Assembly: GCA_001776785.1 (NCBI GenBank)
Contig: MFDF01000008.1
Coordinates: 103,097 to 167,096 of the forward strand
Length of the DNA: 64,000 bases
DNA from: Candidatus Daviesbacteria bacterium RIFCSPHIGHO2_12_FULL_37_16
Lineage (GTDB): Bacteria > Patescibacteriota > Microgenomatia > Daviesbacterales > UBA10151
Reading direction: 5' to 3'
Part shown: positions 1 to 8,237 of the stretch, in pieces
How the letters are laid out: the number at the start of each line of letters is the position of its first letter
How positions within the stretch are numbered: the first letter of the stretch is position 1
Made by a program: the position numbers and the translations under genes
The notes under the pieces: model-generated
Databases searched by the model: none
Seen by the model: the letters and a program-made list of their open reading frames with translations, nothing else
Told to the model about the DNA's origin: nothing

Positions 1-342
1 AACTCAATTGATTATGAAGTTTCGGAGAAAGCCAGTAACATTGTAGTTATTCCTGGAGATTTTGACTGGTCAGACGTAGGGGACTGGAAAGTGGTTTATG
101 ATTTAAAAGAAAAAGACTCAAATGGAAATGTGGTGGTTGAAAAGGGCACAGATTTTGTTAATATAGGCTCAAGTAACTCACTAATTGAGGCAAATGGTAA
201 ACTAATTGCCCTGGTTGGATTAGAAGATGTAATTATTGTAGACACAAATGATGCATTATTAATAGTAGCAAAGGATAAAACCCAGGATGTTAAAAAAGTT
301 GTGGAAAAGCTAAAGGAAGAAAAAAAAGATAAATACCTGTAA
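1..342 (+). CDS. manC: Mannose-1-phosphate guanylyltransferase, C-terminal part (5' truncated by window)
   Basis: Frame is open from base 1: NSIDYEVSEKASNIVVIPGDFDWSDVGDW, then LIALVGLEDVIIVDTNDALLI...QDVKKVV, typical of the GMP/ManC C-terminus. Confidence 0.9.
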   Translation, partial: NSIDYEVSEKASNIVVIPGDFDWSDVGDWKVVYDLKEKDSNGNVVVEKGTDFVNIGSSNSLIEANGKLIALVGLEDVIIVDTNDALLIVAKDKTQDVKKVVEKLKEEKKDKYL

Positions 343-1290
343 ATGGAAAGAATTGTCAGGTTTGATGACCCAATATTGAAAGCCCCTAGCCCTACAAGCT
401 TTCCTACTTATTATCCGCGTCATGTTACGGTTTCTGACTCGTTAATGGAAGCAACAGAACGCTTTAGAGGAGGAAATACCCAATTTCTGTTTGTTTATGG
501 TTCGTCACTATATAAAGAGGGGCAAACTAGTGGAATGCTTGATTTAGGAGTCTTTATAGATAATAGCCGGCAATTCCATGAAGAAAATTTGGCAAATAAT
601 TCTCCAGATTATGGTTTTCCCCATTGGTTGATGTTTCATGAACTTTATAACAAAAGAGGTCCTAGTTTTTATCATACAAGTTTAAATTTAGGTGGTGAAG
701 TTAAACCCGCAAAATATTTTTCTATCCAATTTAACCAAGCATTAGATGAATTGAATAGTTGGAAGATTTACCTTTCTGGAAGATTTCATAAACCCATGAT
801 CGTTCCACTGGTTGAGCCTTTTGATCCAAAAAAGAAAGAACAACTTGACCGGGGAATAAACCAATCTAGGATTAATGCAGCAATTTTAGCATTGGCTCTT
901 ATGGAGGAAGAATTTACATTTAGAGATTTTGCAGAAACGGAGGCTCAAATAAGCTATCTTGGAGACAAAAGAGGTAAGTATGAAAAAGACAATAAACATG
1001 TAATTATAGTAGAAGAATGTTGGAGTGAATTTAACGATATGTTGCCCCCTGTAATGGAAGTTTTAGAAGGAGCTGGGATGATTGAAGAAACAGGAAATGG
1101 AAGGTTTGCCAAAAAAGTTTCACTTTGTAGACAAGAAGTAGAGAATTTTCTAGAAAGAAGTAATAAATATGCCAAAATAATGAATATTAGCAACGCACTG
1201 ACCGTTGGTTTAGGAAGATCATTAAACTATATTAAAAGTAAAGAAAAAAGGGCAGAGACTTCAAAAATTCCAGAATCAAAAATAGCTTAG
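343..1290 (+). CDS. Tam41/Mmp37-like phosphatidate cytidylyltransferase (CDP-DAG synthase, nucleotidyltransferase fold)
   Basis: Motifs in Tam41 order: FVYGSS, MLDLGVFID..FHEENL..N..DY, KY, W.IYLSGRFHKP, AAILAL, EEFT, ISYLGDKR..EKDNKHVIIV. Confidence 0.75.
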   Translation: MERIVRFDDPILKAPSPTSFPTYYPRHVTVSDSLMEATERFRGGNTQFLFVYGSSLYKEGQTSGMLDLGVFIDNSRQFHEENLANNSPDYGFPHWLMFHELYNKRGPSFYHTSLNLGGEVKPAKYFSIQFNQALDELNSWKIYLSGRFHKPMIVPLVEPFDPKKKEQLDRGINQSRINAAILALALMEEEFTFRDFAETEAQISYLGDKRGKYEKDNKHVIIVEECWSEFNDMLPPVMEVLEGAGMIEETGNGRFAKKVSLCRQEVENFLERSNKYAKIMNISNALTVGLGRSLNYIKSKEKRAETSKIPESKIA

Positions 1291-2027
1291 GGTTTTTTTG
1301 CAGCAGCAGGGCTGGCTGTTTGTTTATCTGACTCACCTGTCCCTGGTGAAACAAAGTATATAAACCTTGACCTTATTGCTCCATCATCTCCTTCTACACC
1401 CTTTGACACTATTGCAGCATCTTTTTTAGCATCTGTTAAGCTTGCTTCCTCACTTCCTTTAAAAAACTTAGTTATACCAGAAGTAATTAAATCTAAAAAC
1501 TTATCTTCAGGTGTTTGTATATGAACAGTATAACTCTCTCTTGATGTTACAGCTCCCCAAACTACTTTAGCAGAATCAGTTGCAACACTATCAAGTTTAA
1601 TTAATTTTTTAGCTACCAAAACTTTTTTATCATCAATATCCCCAAGCCCTGCAATATAATCACCTTCTGCAATATTTTTAATGCTTAGCTTGGTTTTTGG
1701 TTTAACTTTAGTTTTAGATTCAAAATTTGTGTATTCATTTGTAGAAATATTTTTAATACCCCCTATTGTCTGAAGCTTAATCTGACTACCTTCATTTAAT
1801 AAAACTGTCCCCACATAAGCTTTATTTTCTAATTTTTTATTAACCTCTAGTTTAATCTGGGCTGCTTTTGAAGCAATTTCTTTTTTTAAATCCTCAAGTT
1901 TTGAAGATAAACTAGATGATTCAGTTGCTGTTTGGGTGGCAGTTTTATCCTGGGCAAAAACTGGAACAATGAACAATGAACAATTAACAATTAACAATGA
2001 AACAACAATTGCCTTGATGATTCGCAT
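1287..2027 (-). CDS. Secreted hypothetical protein with two OB-like beta repeats (DUF5666-like)
   Basis: Signal peptide ending PVFA, coiled coil, two G-x-V...beta repeats. Confidence 0.5.
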   Translation of the reverse strand: MRIIKAIVVSLLIVNCSLFIVPVFAQDKTATQTATESSSLSSKLEDLKKEIASKAAQIKLEVNKKLENKAYVGTVLLNEGSQIKLQTIGGIKNISTNEYTNFESKTKVKPKTKLSIKNIAEGDYIAGLGDIDDKKVLVAKKLIKLDSVATDSAKVVWGAVTSRESYTVHIQTPEDKFLDLITSGITKFFKGSEEASLTDAKKDAAIVSKGVEGDDGAIRSRFIYFVSPGTGESDKQTASPAAAKKP

Positions 2028-2608
2028 TATATTTTCTCCTCAGAGTAATAAACTACCTTTTCTACAGTTTTACTCCCGCCCCTGGAATCTAAAGCTGTAA
2101 TCGTAAAGGTATTAGCCCCTGATGTTAATGTAACTATTTTAGAAAAATCCCCCTTTTTATTACTTTCAAACCCTAAATCAGCCCCATTTATAGTTACTAT
2201 AAGCACTGCACCAGGCATAGTTTTTCCTGAAATAACTAAATTTTTATCAAAAACTAAAGAGTCATCATCAGGGTTATTGACCTCCAGAGTTAAACTTTTT
2301 GGTGCCTGGGTTAATGGAGCCATATTTTTCCAGTCATCTGACGCATCTCCATAGAGGTAATAATAAAGACCAACAATAGCCAGGAGTGAAATTAAAAGTA
2401 AGAAAAAGTGGGATAAAATAAAAGTTTTTGTTGAAATCTCTTTGTCGATTAAAGATTGTTTGTATTTATCGGAAAACTCAGAATGACTCAGTTTACCAGA
2501 AGTATCAGTTTTTTCAGATAAATCAGATTTCTGATTTTCTGGATCACTGGCTTTCTGTTTATCTGAGTTCTCAGAGTGTTCTGAAATTTTTTTCATAGGC
2601 AGAGGCAT
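2027..2608 (-). CDS. Membrane-anchored protein with C-terminal Ig-like domain
   Basis: Low-complexity S/E/D/K N-terminus, one TM helix, P.D...VISGKT.PG...G.F...LTSGANTFTITALD Ig motif. Confidence 0.6.
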   Translation of the reverse strand: MPLPMKKISEHSENSDKQKASDPENQKSDLSEKTDTSGKLSHSEFSDKYKQSLIDKEISTKTFILSHFFLLLISLLAIVGLYYYLYGDASDDWKNMAPLTQAPKSLTLEVNNPDDDSLVFDKNLVISGKTMPGAVLIVTINGADLGFESNKKGDFSKIVTLTSGANTFTITALDSRGGSKTVEKVVYYSEEKI

Positions 2609-2678
2609 TCTTTTGCTCTAGTAGTATATGTTAAAAAGATCTTGTTTGTAAATTCTGATTTTGCTAAGATTCCACAAG

Positions 2679-3326
2679 ATGGATATTATTTGGTTTGGTC
2701 AAGCCATGTTTAAACTTAAAGGAAAACAGACTCAGGCTATTATTGACCCTTTTTATTCTGAATTTACAGGCCTTAAACTTCCAAAGCCATCAGAACTTAT
2801 TGCAGATTTAGCCTTAAAAACCCATGACCATGAAGATCACTCTAACTTAAAAGCTATTGAGGGTAATTCTGTTAAAATTGAAGGGCCTGGAGAATATGAA
2901 GTAAAAGGAGTCGCAGTCACAGGGGTATCTGTTTTCCATGACAGCAAAAATGGTGAGGAAAGAGGCAGGAATACAGTTTATAACATAGAAATAGATGGAG
3001 TCTCAGTGCTTCATTTGGGTGATTTAGGCCACACTTTAACCCAGGAGCAATTAGAAGAAATTGGCCCGGTGGATATAGTCTTAATCCCTGTAGGTGGAAC
3101 TTACACCATTGATGCACCTGTAGCAGCTCAGGTTGTCTCACAGCTTGAACCAAAAATTGTTATTCCAATGCACTTTAAAATTGATGGGTTAAAATTTCCT
3201 CTGGACGGGGTGGACTTATTCCTAAAAGAAATGGGGGTTGGCAGCATTGAACCTCAAAATAAATTCTCAATTACAAAAGACAAACTGCCTGATGAAACAC
3301 AGGTAATTGTTTTAAACAAAGTTTAA
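2679..3326 (+). CDS. MBL-fold metallo-hydrolase
   Basis: IIWFGQA, IDP, THDHEDH, HLGDLGH, IPVGG, IPMH; ATG at 2679 preferred over TTG at 2661. Confidence 0.85.
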   Translation: MDIIWFGQAMFKLKGKQTQAIIDPFYSEFTGLKLPKPSELIADLALKTHDHEDHSNLKAIEGNSVKIEGPGEYEVKGVAVTGVSVFHDSKNGEERGRNTVYNIEIDGVSVLHLGDLGHTLTQEQLEEIGPVDIVLIPVGGTYTIDAPVAAQVVSQLEPKIVIPMHFKIDGLKFPLDGVDLFLKEMGVGSIEPQNKFSITKDKLPDETQVIVLNKV

Positions 3327-3361
3327 AAAATTTAAAATTTTAAATTGAAAATTCCTAAATC

Positions 3362-4786
3362 ATGGCAACCCAATCAACTATCAGATCAATCAAAAAACCA
3401 CAACCTATTAGCATGGGGACTACCATTAAGCTTCCTCCTCAAAATATAGAAGCAGAACAATCCCTTCTGGGTGCCCTTTTAATAGACAAAGATGCAGTGG
3501 TAGAGGTTGCAGAAATTTTAAAACCTCATCATTTTTATAAAACTGAGCAGCACGGCAACATCTTTAATGCTGTAGTTGAACTGTTTGAAAAAAGAGAACC
3601 AATTGATTTAGTCACTGTCACAGAGAAATTAAAACAAAATGGGGTTTTAGACAGAGTAGGGGGAAGTGCCTATTTAGCAGAGCTTGTTAATATGGTCCCA
3701 ACCTCAGCTCATGTCCTTTCCTATGCCAGAATTATTGCAGAACATGCTTTAAGAAGAACCCTAATTTCCTCATCAACTAAATTTGTAGAGATGGCATATG
3801 ATGAAAGATCAGCCATTAATGAAATTATTGAAGAGTGTGAACAGTCTATATTTGCTCTCTCCCAGGCCCACACAAAAAGGGATTTTATCCAGCTTAAAGA
3901 TGCCCTGGCCCAGTCTTTTGACAGGTTAGATGAGATTCAAAAATCTGCAGGAAAACTAAGGGGCATTCCAACAGGCTTTAAAGATTTAGATAATAAATTA
4001 GCAGGGCTCCAGGACTCTAACTTAATAATTTTTGCAGCCCGCCCTGGTATGGGAAAAACTTCATTTGCCCTAAATATAGCCCAGCATGTTGCAGTTAATG
4101 CAGGAGTTCCAGTTGGGATTTTTTCTTTGGAGATGTCTCAGGAAGAGCTTGTGGACAGGCTTTTAGTAGCCCAGGCAGATATAGATGCCTGGAAATTAAA
4201 AACAGGCAGATTAGATGATAAAGATTTTGACAGGCTCTCCCATGCCATGGGACAGTTAGCAGAAGCACCATTATTTATAGATGACACCCCAGGTGCATCC
4301 CTCTCAGAGATTAGGACCAAAGCCAGAAGGCTTCAGGCAGAGCATGGATTAAAATTAATTGTAGTGGATTATCTCCAGCTAATCAGAGGCAGGAATTTGG
4401 AAAACAGGGTCCAGGAAGTTTCAGAAATATCCCAGGGCTTAAAAAATCTGGCCAGGGAATTAAAGGTCCCTGTTTTTGCCCTCTCCCAACTTAATAGGTC
4501 TGTAGAAAATAGGGGAGGCACAAAAAAGCCCCAGCTTGCAGATCTAAGGGAATCTGGTGCAATTGAACAGGATGCAGATGTGGTTATGTTTATCTATAGG
4601 GAAGACCCTGATCAAATGGAGCAGGTGACTCTGGCCATTGAAAAACACCGAAATGGTCCCACAGGTGAGATCCCACTAATCTTTCGGGCTGACAGGGTCA
4701 AGTTTTATGGCATGGAAAAAACCAGAAAACCAGCAACTCCCAAAGAAGAGTCTGCAGCAAAAACCCCTGCCGCCGCAGCAGCATAA
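3362..4786 (+). CDS. dnaB: Replicative DNA helicase
   Basis: PPQNIEAEQSLLG, AARPGMGKT, FSLEMS, VVDYLQL, LSQLNR, DLRESGAIEQDAD, KHRNGPTG. Confidence 0.98.
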   Translation: MATQSTIRSIKKPQPISMGTTIKLPPQNIEAEQSLLGALLIDKDAVVEVAEILKPHHFYKTEQHGNIFNAVVELFEKREPIDLVTVTEKLKQNGVLDRVGGSAYLAELVNMVPTSAHVLSYARIIAEHALRRTLISSSTKFVEMAYDERSAINEIIEECEQSIFALSQAHTKRDFIQLKDALAQSFDRLDEIQKSAGKLRGIPTGFKDLDNKLAGLQDSNLIIFAARPGMGKTSFALNIAQHVAVNAGVPVGIFSLEMSQEELVDRLLVAQADIDAWKLKTGRLDDKDFDRLSHAMGQLAEAPLFIDDTPGASLSEIRTKARRLQAEHGLKLIVVDYLQLIRGRNLENRVQEVSEISQGLKNLARELKVPVFALSQLNRSVENRGGTKKPQLADLRESGAIEQDADVVMFIYREDPDQMEQVTLAIEKHRNGPTGEIPLIFRADRVKFYGMEKTRKPATPKEESAAKTPAAAAA

Positions 4787-4829
4787 ATTCATCTTTTAAT
4801 TTTTACCTTCATAAAATATACTTGAGTCT

Positions 4830-5768
4830 ATGGATATTCTTTCAATTTTTCTTGTAGTTGGAGGACTTGTTTTATTTGAAACAGTCTCTTCAATTGATAA
4901 TGCAGTTATCAATGCAGAAGTCCTCTCTACCATGTCCCAGCGGGCCAGAAGATGGTTTTTAATATGGGGGATGCTTATTGCAGTATTTGTAGTCAGAGGA
5001 GTTCTGCCTTTTTTGATAGTTTTTCTAACAGTTCCAGAGCTTGGCCCCATTGGTGCAATTACTGCTACATTTTCTTCAGACCCAAAGGTAGTGGAAGCCA
5101 TTAATAAATCTGCCCCAATGCTTTTAGTTGGAGGTGGGACATTTCTGTTATTTTTATTCTTTCACTGGCTTTTTTTGGAAGAAAAAAATTTAGGTTTAAA
5201 AGGAGAAAAGTTTTTCTTTAAACAAGGAGTTTGGTTCTATGCAGTAGTTTCAGTTCTTTTATCAATTATTGTCTGGTTTGCACTAAAAGATAATCCGCTG
5301 ATAGCTTTTGGGGCAGTTATTGGTTCCACAGCTTTTTTTATAACCCATGGTTTTAAAGAAAATGCAAAAGAGGCAGAAGAAAAATTGTTGTCAGGAAATT
5401 CTGCCCAATCTGATTTATCTAAAATATTTTACCTTGAAGTAATAGATGCAACCTTTTCTATAGATGGAGTTTTGGGAGCATTTGCTTTTACTTTTTCAAT
5501 CCCATTAATTTTACTAGGAAATGGTTTGGGGGCAGTAGTTGTCAGGCAATTGACTATTGGAAATATAGAAAGGATTAAAAGATATGTTTTTTTAAAAAAT
5601 GGTGCAATGTATTCAATCCTGGCTTTGGGAACAATTATGGTCTTGGAGGGTTTCCACTGGCACATCCCGGAGTGGCTCTCGCCAATTGTGACTGTTATTA
5701 TTATTGCTTACTTCTTTTTAAAATCCCAAAAAACAGATTTAAATAATGTTGTTACAATTGGAGAGTAG
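4830..5768 (+). CDS. DUF475 / TerC-like integral membrane protein
   Basis: ETVSSIDNAVINA and YLEVIDATFSIDGVLGAFA motifs, multiple TM helices. Confidence 0.85.
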   Translation: MDILSIFLVVGGLVLFETVSSIDNAVINAEVLSTMSQRARRWFLIWGMLIAVFVVRGVLPFLIVFLTVPELGPIGAITATFSSDPKVVEAINKSAPMLLVGGGTFLLFLFFHWLFLEEKNLGLKGEKFFFKQGVWFYAVVSVLLSIIVWFALKDNPLIAFGAVIGSTAFFITHGFKENAKEAEEKLLSGNSAQSDLSKIFYLEVIDATFSIDGVLGAFAFTFSIPLILLGNGLGAVVVRQLTIGNIERIKRYVFLKNGAMYSILALGTIMVLEGFHWHIPEWLSPIVTVIIIAYFFLKSQKTDLNNVVTIGE

Positions 5769-6318
5769 AATAAACCTCTTTTATCTTTTTTTTAAATTTA
5801 TCCAAGCTCCCATTATTCTCTAATTTGATATCTGCCCTTGCCCCAATTTTAGGAATTAAAAGCTCATTTTTAGCTTTTTCTTCTTTTAAAAATTGTTTAA
5901 AACTCATTGACCCTTCACCCACCTTTGAATTCCTTTTTTTTAATCTGTCAAATCTTTTTTTAACATCAGCAGTTATATAAATAAGTAAATTATTTGGAAA
6001 TTGCCTAACTAAAGTTACATCAGATTTCCACCTGACTCCGTCTAAAATCACTAAATCTGCATTAAGCTTTTTTGCCCTTTCAAAAGTTGCATAAGAGAGT
6101 GCATCTTTATTAAAAAATTTGACAAATAAAACTGCCAGATCCTGAAGGTTTTTTCTGGTTTGGGGAATATTCCAAAGTTCCAAAGTTTCCTTTAAAATAT
6201 CTGAAAAATGAATCCTAACTATCATTTCATCTTTAGCAATTTCCATTAAAAAGTTCCCAAATGTCTCCTTACCTGAACCCTTTTCACCCACCAGCCCAAT
6301 CACGAGTTTATTTTTCAC
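5752..6318 (-). CDS. P-loop NMP/dephospho-CoA-kinase-like protein
   Basis: IGLVGEKGSGK, VILDGVR, RF.R...R, AD..LENNG. Confidence 0.75.
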   Translation of the reverse strand: MKNKLVIGLVGEKGSGKETFGNFLMEIAKDEMIVRIHFSDILKETLELWNIPQTRKNLQDLAVLFVKFFNKDALSYATFERAKKLNADLVILDGVRWKSDVTLVRQFPNNLLIYITADVKKRFDRLKKRNSKVGEGSMSFKQFLKEEKAKNELLIPKIGARADIKLENNGSLDKFKKKIKEVYSTLQL

Positions 6319-6941
6319 TGTCCAGTTTTTGTAACAAAAGGATAGGGGTAAGTCAATTGACCGGTTTTCTTAAGCCAGTACAATATCTCATGAGCCCTGT
6401 GGCGCAGTTCTCTTTCTTTCGTACCATTATTTATGACAATTGAGTCAGCATATTTCTCCAAAGTAGCTGTAAACCTTTCGTTGCCTTCCATGTCCTGTAT
6501 CTGAAACATTTTCCTGGAAATATTTCTTTCATCAGCTCGCTGTACTCCAGCCCTCGCCCTCTGAAATCTGACATCAAACTGTGCACTCATATAGACAAAA
6601 AAATTATTATCAAATTCTCTTAACATCCTGACTGTTTTTAGAAATCTAAGTCCATCTACTACAACAATATCAGCCCCAGATACCCTTGCTCTGTTGAAAG
6701 TAAATCTTTCTAGAGCATCATCGTCATAAGTCCTTTGTAACTCTCCATAGAGCAAGAGATTATTATCCTGAGTAGAGGGAATGCCCCTTTTTGCATGGAT
6801 TTTATCCAGGATTTCTGAGAATCTAATTACCTGGACAGAATAGGGGAAGGCAACATCTGTTAAAAGCTTGGCAAAAGTACTCTTACCGCTCCCTCTTTCA
6901 CCGGATATACCTATAATAAGTTTTCCCTCTGGTGAATTCAT
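6315..6941 (-). CDS. P-loop NMP/dephospho-CoA-kinase-like protein, paralog of the adjacent gene
   Basis: IGISGERGSGKST, VVDGLR, RFQR, ADSIVINNG; start moved to ATG 6941. Confidence 0.7.
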   Translation of the reverse strand: MNSPEGKLIIGISGERGSGKSTFAKLLTDVAFPYSVQVIRFSEILDKIHAKRGIPSTQDNNLLLYGELQRTYDDDALERFTFNRARVSGADIVVVDGLRFLKTVRMLREFDNNFFVYMSAQFDVRFQRARAGVQRADERNISRKMFQIQDMEGNERFTATLEKYADSIVINNGTKERELRHRAHEILYWLKKTGQLTYPYPFVTKTGQ

Positions 6942-7028
6942 ACCCCATAGTTTAACAGAATAGACAAATAAAGGCAATAATTTTCTTATTTTCGTGAAGA
7001 AAGCATTAGATAGAAGTAGGGGAGTCAA

Positions 7029-7334
7029 TTAAGAAATTTTTTCAGAAGAAGGAAAGACAGTAATCCCAATTTGGGAAAACACCATGGATAAAGTTCTTTT
7101 AAGGTTGTCAGTTAGTGGCAGACTTGCTATATGTACCCCGTTTGAGATTCCTAAAAATTCAACCCCAAAAACTCCTAAATCCACAATTGTTTTAGGGTTC
7201 ACTTCCTTGCTGTAGTCAACATAGTAGCGTTTTCTAGGTAAACTTAAATAAGCACAATCAATATCATCATGAATATCTAACATAACTCCACGCTTTATAC
7301 CTATTCCAGATTCAATTCCCTGAATTCTCTCCAT
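7029..7334 (-). CDS. DUF2283-like small protein
   Basis: HDDIDCAYLSL...SKEVNPKTIVDL..FGVEFLGIS pattern. Confidence 0.55.
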   Translation of the reverse strand: MERIQGIESGIGIKRGVMLDIHDDIDCAYLSLPRKRYYVDYSKEVNPKTIVDLGVFGVEFLGISNGVHIASLPLTDNLKRTLSMVFSQIGITVFPSSEKIS

Positions 7335-7379
7335 AAAACTTTATACACCTTTTAATTTATTTAGTAAAGCTGATTCTAG

Positions 7380-7462
7380 TGCCGAAGGTGGGAGTCGAAC
7401 CCACACAGCCTTGCGGCTAGTAGTTTTTGAGACTACCGCGTATACCATTCCGCCACTTCGGC
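7380..7462 (-). tRNA. tRNA-Leu(CAA), long variable arm, CCA not encoded
   Basis: Reverse complement GCCGAAG-TGGCGGAATGGTATACGC-GGTAGTCT CAA AAACTACT-AGCCGCAAGGCT-GTGTGGGTTCGACTCCCAC-CTTCGGC-A. Confidence 0.97.
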
Positions 7463-7600
7463 AAATAAGCCTGTAAATTATATCAATTAATGAACTTGAC
7501 CTCAAATAACTGTCTTGACCTGTATTGAACAATATAGATAAGTATATTAGATTATAAATTAAAAATATAACAAATATTTGTAGGTACGCAAAATTGTTAT

Positions 7601-7620
7601 AATTTACAATCTTGTAAATT
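7601..7620. promoter_or_regulatory. Perfect inverted repeat just upstream of the PaaX-like gene (candidate operator)
   Basis: AATTTACAA-TC-TTGTAAATT, overlapping a TATAAT at 7598-7603. Confidence 0.4.
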
Positions 7621-7625
7621 AATTG

Positions 7626-8162
7626 ATGGAAAACAAAAAAGAGGTGGCTAAAAATATTCTAATGGCTTTAGGAATACTGGGTATTATACCTATGGTTATG
7701 TTAGCTCCTGGTCTTGCTAAAATATTGCCACTACTTCAAAAGATTGACACAGCAAGGATTAATCAAGAACTAAAAAGGCTCCATAAGCGGGGTTTGGTAG
7801 AAATAATAAAACACAAAAATGGGATAACTTCAATTAAGCTCACAAAAAAAGGCAAAGAGAAGCTCAAAAGATATGAAATTGACAACTTAAAGACAGAAAA
7901 ACCTACTAAATGGGACAAAAAATGGAGGATTATTATTTTTGATATTTCAATAAAAAAGAATTTTGCTAGAGATTTATTAAGAAGAAGAATGAAAAAACTT
8001 GGATTTTATAAACTGCAAAGTAGCGTGTTCGTCCATCCATACCCATGTTATGAAATAGTAATCTTTATAAGGGAGTACTTTGATGTTAATGATGAAGTAA
8101 AGTATATTGAAGCAGAAAAAATTGAAAACGATGATAAACTGATAGAATATTTCTTCACCTAA
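7626..8162 (+). CDS. PaaX-family transcriptional regulator-like protein (wHTH plus Cas2-like domain)
   Basis: L.RL.KRGLV...LT.KG, KWDKKWRIIIFDI...RD.LR..MK.LGF.KLQSSVFVHPY. Confidence 0.8.
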   Translation: MENKKEVAKNILMALGILGIIPMVMLAPGLAKILPLLQKIDTARINQELKRLHKRGLVEIIKHKNGITSIKLTKKGKEKLKRYEIDNLKTEKPTKWDKKWRIIIFDISIKKNFARDLLRRRMKKLGFYKLQSSVFVHPYPCYEIVIFIREYFDVNDEVKYIEAEKIENDDKLIEYFFT

Positions 8163-8237
8163 CAAAAATCCGTACGTACGCATATAAGTTATATTAAATC
8201 CTTGCATATAATCGGTTTGAACAATAAAATACATCCG

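Noticed and set aside
7341-7532. 63-aa ORF
   Set aside because: Overlaps the tRNA-Leu gene; spurious
7626-8162. Cas2 / CRISPR system
   Set aside because: The Cas2-like segment is part of a PaaX-like protein; no cas1, effector or repeat-spacer array was seen in the window
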